Positions 1 through 16,341 of a stretch of DNA of 64,000 nt are shown one piece after another. The notes beneath the pieces were generated by a model, which was not told the origin of the DNA, did not search any database, and saw nothing but the letters and a program-made list of their open reading frames with translations. The position numbers and the translations under genes were made by a program. Within the stretch, counting starts at the first letter, position 1. Every line of letters starts with the position of its first letter. Origin of the DNA: the human T2T-CHM13v2.0 reference genome, Homo sapiens; NCBI RefSeq assembly GCF_009914755.1, contig NC_060929.1; one strand, given 5' to 3'.

Positions 1-37
1 GTAAACCACTCCTCCTGGATTCTACTGTTATTTGAGG

Positions 38-86
38 GTTTTGTTTGTTTGTTTGTTTGTTTTATTTTGTTTGTTTGCTTGTTTTT
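38..86. repeat. (GTTT)n imperfect microsatellite
   Basis: Directly visible. Confidence 0.85.
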
Positions 87-380
87 GAAAGGGGTCAGGA
101 AAGAGACTCCAGTCTCAACCTCCTTTTCACTGGCTTTTCCTGCCATGTATTCACCCTACTATATCCTGTATATATCCCTCAATTCAAGTAATTTGCAGAG
201 AGCAGCCCTGGGATAGCCATCCCTAATCCAGTTGCCTGGATTACCCTTCCCTGAGATACCAGTCCGAGTCTTCTGTTCCCCAAGGCTTGTTTCTGGCATC
301 CAAGGAGATGGAAGTTTCTGTCCCTCTGTCTTTGGATTGTCTCCTCTCTCTTGAGTTATCATAGTCACCTGTCATTTCAG

Positions 381-556
381 CTCGCCTTTCTGGGGGAAAA
401 TGCAGAGGTCAAAGAGATGATGACTACATGGACTCTCCAGAAAGGAATCCCCCTGCTGGTGGTTAAACAAGACGGGTGTTCACTCCGACTGCAACAAGAG
501 CGCTTCCTCCAGGGGGTTTTCCAGGAAGACCCTGAATGGAGGGCCCTGCAGGAGAG
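381..556 (+). CDS. ERAP2: ERAP2 internal coding exon (inferred exon 11), [24 protein letters not shown]...EWRALQER
   Basis: tttcag| acceptor and AG|gtggct donor. 176 nt. Translation contains the M1 aminopeptidase WTLQKGIP motif and matches ERAP2 as recalled. Phase is continuous with the next exon. Confidence 0.97.
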
Positions 557-1148
557 GTGGCTGCTTTTCTTCTTTAGGTCTAGTTTACCTCATCTCAGTT
601 TCCTCGTTATTTCCTTAGCTTTCTCTCAGCTCATCTGGCAACTTTGTAGGATGCTAGTTCCATATAAGAATCAAAGGCCTAAAGTAGACTTGATAAGATT
701 TAAAGAGCTTCATATAACCCGGACTTCTTTGTTCAGGAGCACCATTCTTAGTGATTCCATCAGCCTTGAGAACTTCAGTTCTTGGTTTAGTTATTTGAAT
801 CAGCATCAGGCTGGCAGTTTTTGAAAATGTGAAAGGAATATTGGATTTTCTTTCCCATACAAACAGCAGAAATTGTTATGGTATGAGATTAGGACAGCAA
901 ATGACACAAGTATTTGTGGCAGAGTTCAACTAGGTAGATATGGCTGCTCCTTTATAATTATCATGGAATAATTTTTTGCATACTTAAGGATATGCTAGTC
1001 TTAGCCTATAAAATTTATAAGACCACTTGTGGGTAGTATGAAGGATGATGGGTACTTAGGTGCCTTTTACAGTCTGTCTGAGTCTGACAATGTGAAAAAT
1101 CACAGCAGCATTCTTTTGGTCTGTAACTATCTTTACTCTCTGTCATAG

Positions 1149-1228
1149 GTACCTGTGGCATATCCCATTGACCTACTCCACGAGTTCTTCTAATGTGATC
1201 CACAGACACATTCTAAAATCAAAGACAG
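1149..1228 (+). CDS. ERAP2: ERAP2 exon 12, [26 protein letters not shown]
   Basis: ctctgtcatag| acceptor and CAG|gtaatg donor. 80 nt, frame continuous. Confidence 0.97.
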
Positions 1229-1539
1229 GTAATGAACTAATTAGCCAAACAGGTATTTCAATGTGGAAATTAAACATGTGTTGAGCTATTTGAAGGAACG
1301 ATACAATAAGTAAATCTAACAATAAAAGATTTATATTTGAGGGAAGTTGTCATTTATCCATATGTTACTAAAATAACTCTTTTAGTAAGAAAATCTGGAT
1401 TTTTCATTCAGTGGGAAGTTCTCTTGCGCTTTTATCATTTAGAGACAGATTATTTACATCAAGAAATAACAGAAATCTATCTTATGTCTTATAATACCCA
1501 CTAATCTATTTTTACAGGTTATGGATAAGGCAAAAAATG

Positions 1540-1720
1540 TTCAGTGGAAAAAAGCACATACTTTAAAATTGGTTGCTTCTGGATTCAAGTCCTCACTCTC
1601 TCACTTATTAGATGTGTGACCTTAAGAAAATGTACACACTCATCCTGAGCTTCAATTTTTTCATCTTATGTTGAATAAAGACTAAACCTCACAGAGTTGT
1701 TGAGAGAATATTATAATGTA
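1540..1720 (+). mobile_element. MIR SINE relic
   Basis: Core ctggattcaagtcctcactct...gtgtgaccttaagaaa...ctgagcttcaattttttcatct. Confidence 0.65.
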
Positions 1721-2251
1721 ATTTTACCCTCTAGTATAATATATGCCATATTAAAAATACATAGTATAATTTTAATTTTCTTCTAAACACTTTAATAAAA
1801 TTTGAGAGGTTTTCCGTCACAAAGTCATGCTTAACCTGGAGTCCTTCTTTACTAAAATGAACAAATGGATCACCTATTTACACATACATATTTCAATGAC
1901 TAGTGACTAAACCTTGAGACAAGGACATCATCAAATTAAGCCAAATTCCCGTCATGCTAGTCATCTGGCTCACTGGGCCCTTCCTTGCATGTCTCTTAGA
2001 CCTGCATAGACAATTTTTTAGAACAAATTCAGCAGTCTTATTCCTATGAATTAACTTATTTATTAATTTAATAAGACCATCTTTCCAAAAGAAATCATCC
2101 AGTGAACTACGAAAATGAATATCATTATGACTCTCCCCAAACTTCATCTTCCCATTGATTTATAAGTAATTTGATTAAAAATAACAGTTCTGGAGATGTT
2201 CTGAATAAGTTTGTTGATAATAAAATGCCTATGCCAATCTTATCCTCTTAG

Positions 2252-2435
2252 ATACTCTGGATCTACCTGAAAAGACCAGTTGGGTGAAATTTAATGTGGA
2301 CTCAAATGGTTACTACATCGTTCACTATGAGGGTCATGGATGGGACCAACTCATTACACAGCTGAATCAGAACCACACACTTCTCAGACCTAAGGACAGA
2401 GTAGGTCTGATTCATGATGTGTTTCAGCTAGTTGG
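2252..2435 (+). CDS. ERAP2: ERAP2 exon 13, [26 protein letters not shown]...IHDVFQLVG
   Basis: cctcttag| acceptor and GG|gtaagg donor. 184 nt. Contains the conserved WVKFNV..GYY.V.Y motif. Confidence 0.97.
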
Positions 2436-4476
2436 GTAAGGCAACATTTCCTCTGACTTCATGCGAAATAACTGATTCGTAACCAGATATGCTAGACTTC
2501 AATATTGAATGTTCAACATTGGTCATTGATTTAATATGGATTTGAATGGAATTCAAACAGTGATCACTAGGCCAAAGACTACCCACTAATAACGTATTTT
2601 GACCCACACAGTGTTTATAATTGTAATCCAATATTTTAAAATGTGGAGAACTTTACCTAAAAATCCTGACCTCTGGAATCTCTTAAAAATGATATTTGGC
2701 AACTGTGGGTCTTTATCCTGTGGGCCACAGGATAGCTATAAAGGAGAGTGCAGTGGGCCAAACTCTCTTTAGGCCAGGCCTACTTTCTCCCAAGCACCAA
2801 AGTCCCAAATGGCCTCTTTCATTCACTTAGTGTGGACTCTCTAAGTATTTGAGCTTTCGACCCCACATTTAAAATGTATTTATCATATTAGCTGCTACAC
2901 CAAATACCGGTGTAATCTCTTAAGGAAAAGTACAAATATAGTCTTAACTTTTATAATTTTAAATGGGTTGTTATGAAATCTATTCATTACTTACACTGGA
3001 GAAATTAATATGACGTTTGTAGGGAAATGAAGTAATAAATGGCTGTTTGCATTCATTCCTCTCTAGACTTTCCTGGAAGGACAAAGTGTTTTCTTTCCTT
3101 TTCTATGTATCATGAACAGAATAATGTGTGGAATGAATCAGGTCACAAGATCACCAATGGCTGGAGGGAATTGAGGACCAGGAAGTATATTGTGCATTGC
3201 AAGCTTTCCCTATTCTGAGAATTACTGTGATGCACTCACTTTACTCAATGTGACATATAATTTTCTTTCAGGAGCTTATTTAGGTCAAATTGAGTGAAAG
3301 TGACCAGCAGGACATCTCTGAGACAAAGTTTCTCGGTACACTAAAATCCTCTAGTTAGAAAGAAAAGAGGAAGTGAGGCTTAATCCTCAGCCCCGTGGGT
3401 CTCAGGAACATCTTGGAGGCATAGCTCATTGGAGGCCAAAATTAGGAAAAACACCATCCTACATATGAGTGAATGCATGAAAGGTGAGCTAAGAAGCAAG
3501 CTATTGCTAGTTGAAGGAGGTTTGCCTGCTCAAAGGAGAAGCTCTGAGTAGATTGAGGAGAAGATAGATTAACAATGCAAGACTTGGAAAAAATGGAGAA
3601 TATTGACAATTCAGCAAATTAATCTTTTAGGTAGTTGTGAAATCTTTTTTGCTGTTTCTAGCCTATCCACTTAGATTGTCTAAATTTAGTAGGAGGAAAT
3701 TTGCAGTTATTGATGCATTGGTGGAAAACTAATCATCTTTTCTTCACTAAGTAGACAGATTAATGAAGTTAAGAATACAAATTTTATATGAAAATTTCAA
3801 GAAGATTTCAGGTATTACCTCTTCACTTACTAATTTTTTGAGCTTGGACAAGTTTTGTTTTTTTAACCTTTTTAAGCCTAAATTTTCCAGTCTTTAAAAC
3901 TTTATTACTAATAATATCCGATATACAAGGTTTGGAGGATTGCATAGGTAATGAAGATAAAGCAGTAAGTGCAGTACTTACTCAATAAATGTCAGCTGTT
4001 AACATTATTAGTATTATCTAATACAAATTATTTGAAATGTCATGACATGAATAGGAGGAGGAGATGACAACATAGAAAAGTACACTTCAAATAATGTGAA
4101 GTTGAGAAAAAGGCAGAATGTAAGTCTGTGTATTATTATGTTTGTTTGCAACTACAAATGAAAAAAATAAGTGCGAAGGGGAAACAAAAACCTGAAGGAA
4201 TTATTTCAAAATGCTATTGTTGAGTGTGTAGGGTATTGAAATTATGAGCCTTCTCTAATTTCTGGTTGTTTTGTAATTATGAGTCTAATTTCTAGTTGTT
4301 CTGAAATTTGTTTATATTTACTTATATTACATTTATAACAAAAGTAATTGTATAAGAAAACAATTTAAAGCTCTCATAATAGATAAAAATAAATAATTTT
4401 TACTTGCTGTTCTTTCTCAATACTATAAACCACTTTCCTCCCTGCTTTATGAAACTTCAATTTAAGAATTAAAGGA

Positions 4477-4757
4477 GGCCCGGCACAGTGGCTCATGCCT
4501 GTAACCCTACCATTTTGGGAGGCTGAAGCAGGCAGATCACTTGAAGCCAGGAGTTTGAGATCAGCCTGGGCAACATAGTGAAACCCCATCTCTACTAAAA
4601 ATAAAAAAATTAGCCCAGTGTGGTGGTGTACGCCTGTAATCCCAGCTACTTGGGTGGCTGAGGCACATGAATCGCTTGAACCCAGAAGATCACGCCACTG
4701 AACTCCAGCCTGGGTGACCGAATAATACTCTGTCTCAAAAAACAAACAAACAAAAAA
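4477..4757 (+). mobile_element. Alu (older J/S type) with an internal deletion in the right arm
   Basis: Alu consensus; TSD aagaat(t/c)aaagga. Confidence 0.9.
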
Positions 4758-4802
4758 GAATCAAAGGAACCAATAGTGATCACATTTAGTTTGGAGAGAT
4801 AA

Positions 4803-5437
<635 letters not shown>

Positions 5438-5473
5438 CATGGAGAGAGAATTTGATGCAAGAATTGATATTTA

Positions 5474-5980
<507 letters not shown>

Positions 5981-6412
5981 CTAGCTGAAATCATATACAA
6001 GTAAGTAGGTGTGGACTTTTACTGCTGAGCTAAAGTTTATGTTTATATATGTTTTATTCTTTAAGCTAAACAAACATTCAGATAACATTCTATGCATTTT
6101 TTGAAGCATAGGGTTAGTAATGAGGACTTAGATTTTTTAATTAAACAATTCAGTAACTATATAAAAAGAAAAGGAGTCCCTTATGAATAAATATTAAAAT
6201 TAAAAGAAATAGGCAACTATAAAAGTAAGTATTTTTAATAATGGCATTGATTTTAGTAAGAAATCAATTAGGCTGGGCTGGAAAGAAAAACTGGCTTAAT
6301 ATAAAGTAGTTTTAATATGTCAAATATTCTTCTTAAAATTGTGGCCCTGGAATATCATTTCTGCCTATTGCTGATGCTAAGGTATCAACTGTGCCAGGTA
6401 TTGTGCTGCTCA

Positions 6413-6873
<461 letters not shown>

Positions 6874-7494
6874 TCATCGTGATTGAGAAGATTAAAGGGA
6901 CAACAAAAGTTGGTTCTTTTTCATTTCCTTCTGGTCTCTGTTCCCTCTTTTTAGACAGGAATTTAAAACATGTATAAGCCCAGAAGAGGTAGAGCACTAT
7001 GTTAATGATAAGCCCAGAGGAGACACCCTTTGTTCTGGAATCAGTTTCCACATCACACGATTGTGTTATTCTGGGAGTTGGGTGTTCACAAGAATGGCTT
7101 ATAGACTCTGTGTGCAACATAGCCTCCCAGAAACACACCTGAGGAGCACTTTCCAATAGTGAGGTTATAATCGTTCGTTTCCTCTACAGAAGATGCCCCA
7201 GCATTTTGTACTTAGAATAATAAACCTGTTATTTATTCTTCTCACTAGAAGAAAACGTAGAGAAGGCATGTAACTTTAGAATCTAAAAGATGAAAATACT
7301 TGTTTTGTCCTATTCACAATGATTACCGCTTCTCTGATAGGATTAAGGACAAACATCAAAGAAAAACAAGACATGGCACCTGTCCTCAAAGTTCCCAATG
7401 TACTTGGAGAAACAAGTCAAACCCACACATGAAGCAATTAGAGAATGAAATCATGTGTAAAAAGTTTGATATTATTTGGTACTAAATGTTAATA

Positions 7495-7720
7495 TTGGCT
7501 AATATTTATTTCATTTATTAACCTTTTGCTATGTGGTAGACATTATTCTAAATGCTTTTTAAAATATTAGGTCATTAATCCTCACAACAAGCCTATGAGG
7601 AAGATAGTATTATTATCCCCATTGTATAAAGAAGGCAATAGGTCCAGAGAGGTTTGGTAATTTGTCCAAGATTACTCAGCTAGTCAGTGGCAGAGCTAAG
7701 ATTTAAACTGAATGGTCCAG
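7495..7720 (-). mobile_element. MIR relic
   Basis: ttaatcctcacaacaagcctatgagg...attatccccattgtataaagaaggcaataggtccagagagg. Confidence 0.75.
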
Positions 7721-7831
7721 CTATAATGACCTACTTCTGTTATTGTTCTCTCTTTCATATTTGTTTTAATGTTAAAAATATTAAAAACTATAAGATATGC
7801 ACAAGCCACTGACATTTGTTTTATACTTCAG

Positions 7832-7988
7832 TGCAGGGAGACTGACCCTAGACAAAGCTCTTGACATGACTTACTACCTCCAACATGAAACAAGCAGCCC
7901 CGCACTTCTCGAAGGTCTGAGTTACTTGGAATCGTTTTACCACATGATGGACAGAAGGAATATTTCAGATATCTCTGAAAACCTCAAG
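7832..7988 (+). CDS. ERAP2: ERAP2 exon 14, [19 protein letters not shown]...ISENLK
   Basis: tacttcag| acceptor and AAG|gtttgt donor. 157 nt. Seen in ORF 7797..8021. Confidence 0.97.
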
Positions 7989-8450
7989 GTTTGTGTTGCT
8001 TTTAGAAAATGTATTAAGTAAATACACAGTGTCTGGAGTATCAGTCAGGCTCAGTTTGTTTTGTGTGAAGTCCTTGAGGTTAAATCTGGAGCAGCTCGGG
8101 GGACTGACTGATAGCATGTAATGGTCAATGACCCTTGTTCTTTACCATTGCCAATCCTAAGAGCTAGATACCAGGATCATGTGCAAAACATCTCTACTAA
8201 AGGTGATTTTATTTTATATCCATTGATATTCCCCTTTCAGATAGGAAATTAAACCATGTTTAAATGCAAAAACTGTTTCCTAAGTATGGTGGGTAACAGC
8301 CAGAAAAAGATAAGAGAAATACGAAGATACACTGTTTGGGGAAAGATTGGGAAAGATGCAGAAAGTTTAGAGTTGAGCCCTTTAGATGGGCAAGAACTGT
8401 GTTAAGGACTAAATTTAGCCTCTCTGTTAACCATCTCATATTTTCTGCAG

Positions 8451-8635
8451 CGTTACCTTCTTCAGTATTTTAAGCCAGTGATTGACAGGCAAAGCTGGAG
8501 TGACAAGGGTTCAGTCTGGGACAGGATGCTCCGCTCGGCTCTCTTGAAGCTGGCCTGTGACCTGAACCATGCTCCTTGCATCCAGAAAGCTGCTGAACTC
8601 TTCTCTCAGTGGATGGAATCCAGTGGAAAATTAAA
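8451..8635 (+). CDS. ERAP2: ERAP2 exon 15, [36 protein letters not shown]...SSGKL
   Basis: ttttctgcag| acceptor and weak AAA|gtagat donor. 185 nt, frame continuous. Confidence 0.96.
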
Positions 8636-8854
8636 GTAGATGTAGACTTCTGTCCTACCCTTTGTTCTTTTCTCTTTGATGTAAGAGTCTTTGATCAAGC
8701 AAGACATTAGGTCTAAAACCTTTTAGTGAGGATAGAAAAAAAAACATGCTGGGCATTACAAACCCTGTTTCATGCTCTCACATCGTAAGTGCTATGTATG
8801 GAGACTAGTACAATCTCTACCATGAAATGTAATGGTGTCCATTATTCCGGTGCT

Positions 8855-9386
<532 letters not shown>

Positions 9387-9939
9387 TCAATGGGTTGTAT
9401 GAGTGAAGCTAAAATGTAAACATCCTACTGCCCTATACAAAATAGAATACTATTATTTCATCTTTATGCTAGTTACAAGAAAGATAATCTTAACCTGCAG
9501 TAACCCACCTACAGTAGATATAAGTGTTCAACATGTTGAATATACCTATGAAAATATTCTAGGTAAACTTATTTATGCTCACAATCAAAAATATGTGATT
9601 AAATATTGTTGGTTTTTTCTAAACTCCAAGATTGCTAGTATGAATTTTAATGAAGAATTTCTTTACATAGATTAATTGATTACTTCATTCATTTGTGGAT
9701 TTGAAATGTAACTAGTTGCACATTTCCTTTATGCCAGCCAGGTATTGCTGTAGGAGCTAAGGATAAAGTGGTGAACAAAACAACCATGTGGCCTACCTTC
9801 AAGAAGCTTACAATGTGTTTGTTACCAATTGTTATAAAGTTGTTCAGCAAAATACACTAAAATGAAAACAATATGTATTATAATTATTTGATCTTTATTA
9901 TATTATTCAAATGTCACTTGGGGTATTTAAGTACATATA

Positions 9940-10145
9940 GTATAGAGGAAGTAGCCAAAGCATTAGAATCATAGGGTTAAATCCCATCTGCAAATGGCAA
10001 ATTATGTCATCTTGTGCAAGTTACTTAACTTTTCTGAGATTTATTTCCGCTTAAAAAAATCAGGATAATAACTATCTCAGAGGGTAGCTTTTGACAGTTA
10101 AATAAGATGTATGGAGACTAGTACAATCTCTACCATATGGTCACT
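9940..10145 (+). mobile_element. MIR relic
   Basis: gggttaaatcccatct...tcttgtgcaagttacttaacttttctgag...ggataataactatctcagaggg. Confidence 0.7.
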
Positions 10146-10475
10146 TTGTGACAAATGCAAATTTCTGGCTCCCTCCTCAATGCTCTGTGTTGTGTTTTTT
10201 CTGAGACATCAATAACAGTTCTTATTGATCCGTTGACATTTGGGATTAAAAAGTCATATGCCCACTTAGAATAAAAACTGGTTAATGTCCTCAAGATAAT
10301 AAAAATCAAAATAGTGGTGTCTTTTGTAGAAGGACAGAAAATCATGTCACTGCATCTTAACAGTTTTAAAAAATTATAAAATAACTAGACACTAATGAAT
10401 TGTACCAAATTAAGACTCTCTAGGCCTAGAGAGTCAGATGACTCCCAGACAGGCCTCAGAAAATGCTCTCAACTA

Positions 10476-10738
10476 GGCCAAGTGCCGTAGCTCATGCCTG
10501 TAAGGCCAAGGGGTAAGAAGATCACTTGAGCCCAGGAATTTGAGACCAGCCTTGTCAACATAGTGAGAGCCCATCTCTACAAAAAAATTTAAAAATTAGC
10601 CAGGCATGGTGCTATGTGCCTATAATCACAGCTGCTCAGGAGGCTGAGGCAAGAGGATTGTGCAGGAGGCTGAGGCTACAGTGAGCCATGATCACGCCAC
10701 TGCACTCCAACCTGAACAACAGAGTAAGACCCTGTCTC

Positions 10739-10769
<31 letters not shown>

Positions 10770-11100
10770 AAGAAAGAAAAGAAAAAAATGGCCGGGCGCG
10801 GTGGCTCACGCCTGTAATCCCAGCACTTTGGGAGGCTGAGGCGGGCGGATCACGAGGTCAGGAAATCGAGACCATCCTGGCTAACACGGTGTAACCCCGT
10901 CTCTACTAAAAATACAAAAAAATTAGCTGGGCGCGGTGGCGGGCGCCTGTAGTCCCAGCTACTCGGGAGGCTGAGGCAGGAGAATGGCGTGAACCCCGGG
11001 GGGCAGAGCCTGCAGTGAGCCCAGATCGCGCCACTGCACTCCAGCTTGGGCGACAGTGAGACTCCACCTCAAAAAAAAAAAAAAAAAAAAAGAAAAGAAA
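10476..11100 (+). mobile_element. AluJ (10476-10789) with an AluY (10790-11091) inserted at its tail
   Basis: Two tandem dimers. Outer TSD aaaatgc(tc/ct)tcaact; inner TSD aagaaaagaaaaaaat. The AluY is CpG-rich. Confidence 0.92.
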
Positions 11101-11518
11101 AAAATGCCTTCAACTTGGTGATAAAAAAGCATCAAGTAATCATCTTTAAAAAAAAAATCTTATAGCACCAGTAGTGGCCACTAAATGATAGAATTTATAT
11201 AAACCAGTAGTTTTGTATTTCAGAAAGCTTTTATATTTGTTGATTACATCAACTTTCTATTTTCACCTCAGAGTAGGTTAAAATTTTATGCTTATTTTCT
11301 TGCTAACATTTTATCATCAGTAGGAGATAAAACACAAATAATTTGCAGAGTAAAAGCACATAAAATATTTTTATAAGAGTTCGGCAGAGAAAAAGATTTA
11401 ATACATTGAGTACTGAAAGCAGTTCAGAGATTATTGTGTTATAGGACTTAAAATTGTCATAAGAAAAAAGTTTTTCTTTCATAAAACTTTTTCTTCATTT
11501 TTATGCTTGATATTACAG

Positions 11519-11680
11519 TATACCAACAGATGTTTTAAAGATTGTGTATTCTGTGGGTGCTCAGACAACAGCAGGATGGAATTACCTTTTAGAGCAATAT
11601 GAACTGTCAATGTCAAGTGCTGAACAAAACAAAATTCTGTATGCTTTGTCAACGAGCAAGCATCAGGAAAAGTTACTGAA
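11519..11680 (+). CDS. ERAP2: ERAP2 exon 16, [28 protein letters not shown]...QEKLLK
   Basis: attacag| acceptor and GAA|gtaagt donor. 162 nt. Confidence 0.97.
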
Positions 11681-12198
11681 GTAAGTTCAATAATTTAACT
11701 AAATTGTTATAAGTAAACTGACACAAATTCAGTGAAGTCACTAAAACTTCAGCCACCAGTTTTAAAGGCATAAGATAATTGAATCAGAATGTGTATGGCT
11801 TTAACTTTACTTTCAGAAAAGAATATATTGACAAAATGCAAATAGTGAAAACAGGTATTCCCTAGTTATTAATCATATGATTGATACTAGACAAGCGGTT
11901 ATGTTTTATCTTCAGAAACTTGAAGAAAAATTATTGTTGTAAAAATACATTCTTGCATATAAGATGTGTAAACGATGCTAATCAAACTTATTTGAAATAA
12001 TAAGTAAATGTTTTTGATAGGAACAAAATAAAAATTATTTCTAAAAAAGTAAAAGTTTAATTGGAACATTAAAAAATTGGTAATTATACTTTTATCATGC
12101 CTCTTTCTGTTCTATTCTTTTAATATATTGGTGGCTTGAGTTAATGTCCATGTACATAATACCTACTATTTAGAAACAAATTATTTTTCTTTCTTCAG

Positions 12199-12339
12199 GT
12201 TAATTGAACTAGGAATGGAAGGAAAGGTTATCAAGACACAGAACTTGGCAGCTCTCCTTCATGCGATTGCCAGACGTCCAAAGGGGCAGCAATTAGCATG
12301 GGATTTTGTAAGAGAAAATTGGACCCATCTTCTGAAAAA
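12199..12339 (+). CDS. ERAP2: ERAP2 exon 17, [47 protein letters not shown]
   Basis: ttcttcag| acceptor and AAA|gttggt donor (the only one keeping frame with exon 18). 141 nt. AWDFVRENW motif. Confidence 0.96.
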
Positions 12340-13008
12340 GTTGGTATTCATTTTCATCCAATGTTTGTTCTTCCATGCAGATGTCTCAGTTGCCTCAAAC
12401 CAAGTGTAATCAAATGTTTCTCAAAGCATATAAATAATACCATTTGTATCCAAATAGTTCAGTGGAGTCAACTTTGAAACTCCCTAGCCCAAATTATCCT
12501 ATCCAGGAGTAAGGGAGAGACATGAGAAAAAGGGAATGGGAAACAGCCTTCTCTCCTTCAGTCCAGGCAAGAAACCACTGGCATCAAGTCCGAGTTGAAT
12601 TAAATGCAGTCATCAGCCCCCTCCCACCATCCCTTCTTGGCTCTCTCCTCAGCCCAGAAGAATCCCAAGATGCCTTGTATAGTGCATCACACATATGTGG
12701 CCTCATTTGTTAATGCAGTTTTGTACTGGGGGAAAATCTCAGGAATTTTGGTAAGAGCTACTCCTCACCCCTAGAGCCCCTGTGGAGGTGGCACAGTGGA
12801 GACCTTGGTTCCGGTGAAAGAAACCCAGTCAGGAGTGTTTGGGGAGCCCTCCCTCCAAATTGTTTTGGTTCTGAGTCTTTTCTGGGGTTTCAACTTTGGG
12901 GAGAACTGGAGCTCATTTCAATATGTTCCTGGATCTAAAATATCCCTCAGAAATAACCAATAATGATTAGATTTTGTTGGAATGGAATGTATAAGACAGC
13001 ATTGCTTT

Positions 13009-13009
13009 C

Positions 13010-13053
<44 letters not shown>
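13009..13053. repeat. Compound (TC)n(CA)n microsatellite
   Basis: Directly visible. Confidence 0.95.
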
Positions 13054-13054
<1 letters not shown>

Positions 13055-13687
13055 ATCACAAAACCCTATAAGGCATTCAGCCATTCCTCATCCAAATCTA
13101 AAATGTCATTTATGACTTATATGAAAATATCTTGAATCAGAGAGGTATGATTTGCTTTGTTTATGTCAGGGTCAGTTAGCATCCCTGATATCATTAATTC
13201 CTAGTTCCTTCTCTTTCATTTCATAGCCGTGGAAGGTTTAGAGTCCTCACACAGCTTTGCGTAAGCAAAAAGCACATTTCCACTCCTCTCCCAAATGCTC
13301 AAGGAGTTGACGTCCACATGAGACCAAATAGAAACTGCTTTAATATGTATGTTTGTGTATGTTTCCTTTAAAACTCTACTTGAGCCATTGATTTGTCTGT
13401 TTTCATGATTGTCATTTTCCTCCTGAAATGATCAGCCTTAATCTAAAATGCTGTGGATTTCATTTTAAACAGGAAATGATGCCCCTGCCCAACCATGTGC
13501 AGAGCCTAGACTTGGAACCATATTTTTTTCTGAGCTGTAACTGTGCTCTGCTTTATCAACATGAATCACTTTGACCTGTAGTACAAGTTTTCCATATATA
13601 AAACATTGGGTTGAAGGATGCATTCTGTGGCCGTGAATAAGAGTTCAACCAAGTAACATTGCCCCACTAAACACAATGTTTAAACAC

Positions 13688-14290
<603 letters not shown>

Positions 14291-14567
14291 TTTAAACAGA
14301 AACATAAAATTAAACATAAACATTGCTGAATAACTAACCATATTTCCCAAAGAAGCTGTATCTACATTCATTTTATAGTAAAATTTGATAAGTTTCACAG
14401 CTTTAGAATTGTACTGGATGAATGTTATTATGGTAATTCACCGTATCTATTGTAATACACAAGCTTATCACATAGTTATTAATATACATTAAAAATATAA
14501 TACATGATATAATAAACATAAGGTCAGTATTTCTATGACTTTCTATGGTGTTTCTTTTTATTTTCAG

Positions 14568-14649
14568 ATTTGACTTGGGCTCATATGACATAAGGATGAT
14601 CATCTCTGGCACAACAGCTCACTTTTCTTCCAAGGATAAGTTGCAAGAG
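14568..14649 (+). CDS. ERAP2: ERAP2 exon 18, [27 protein letters not shown]
   Basis: ttttcag| acceptor and GAG|gtttgt donor. 82 nt. Confidence 0.96.
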
Positions 14650-14820
14650 GTTTGTGACTTTCTGTTTTTAACAATTTCAAAATAAATGTTCAAATTGTGG
14701 AATTGAAAGTAAACTTAGATATAATCTGATTTGAAGTTCTCATTTTAGTTTTTAAAAAAGTTGTTTGTCCAATGCCATATAGCAAGTAAATGGAAGGGAC
14801 AGGATTAAAACCTGACACTT

Positions 14821-15159
<339 letters not shown>

Positions 15160-15331
15160 TTAAAATACTTAAAATACGTGTATTCATAGCATTCAAAATG
15201 AAAATAGACTTGAGAGGTGAGCCCTTTTGTATTATTTCTTTCATATTGTATTACGATGCAAGAGTGATTATATTAAAGTTTGGAAGCGTACTTAATGATC
15301 TTTTTAACAAAACTATTGTTGGTAATTCTAG

Positions 15332-15640
<309 letters not shown>

Positions 15641-15989
15641 TATCTTTTTTTTTTTTTTTAAAGCATTATAGTCTTTGCACCTTCTTTTCACAATAAATCT
15701 TGAATTTATTTACCCTTTAGGCAAATTCAGAATTCCTGAACTTAAATCCCAGCTCACCATTTACTCTATGACTTGGGTAAATCATTTAACTTCTTTAGCC
15801 ACATTGTGGTCACTTGTAAGATGAGGATTTATAATTTTTGTCTTACTTTACCTATTGTTTGAAAATAAAGTGAACAATTATGCAGAAAAGTAGAAAATAA
15901 CCTTTTAGAGGTTGGCAGAGAAATGCCTATACCTGTGTGTATGTAATTTGCAAGCTCTTTTGAAAATTTTTGGAAGACGAAGTGGTTTT

Positions 15990-16300
<311 letters not shown>

Positions 16301-16341
16301 AAGACAAAGTGTTAGTAATTTTTTTCTTCAATATTTTACAG

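Noticed and set aside
557-824. Hydrophobic read-through of exon 11 into intron 11 (ORF 351..824) as a membrane-anchored isoform
   Set aside because: The hydrophobicity reflects T-rich intron sequence. There is no nearby poly(A) signal or other support, and retention would be an NMD target.
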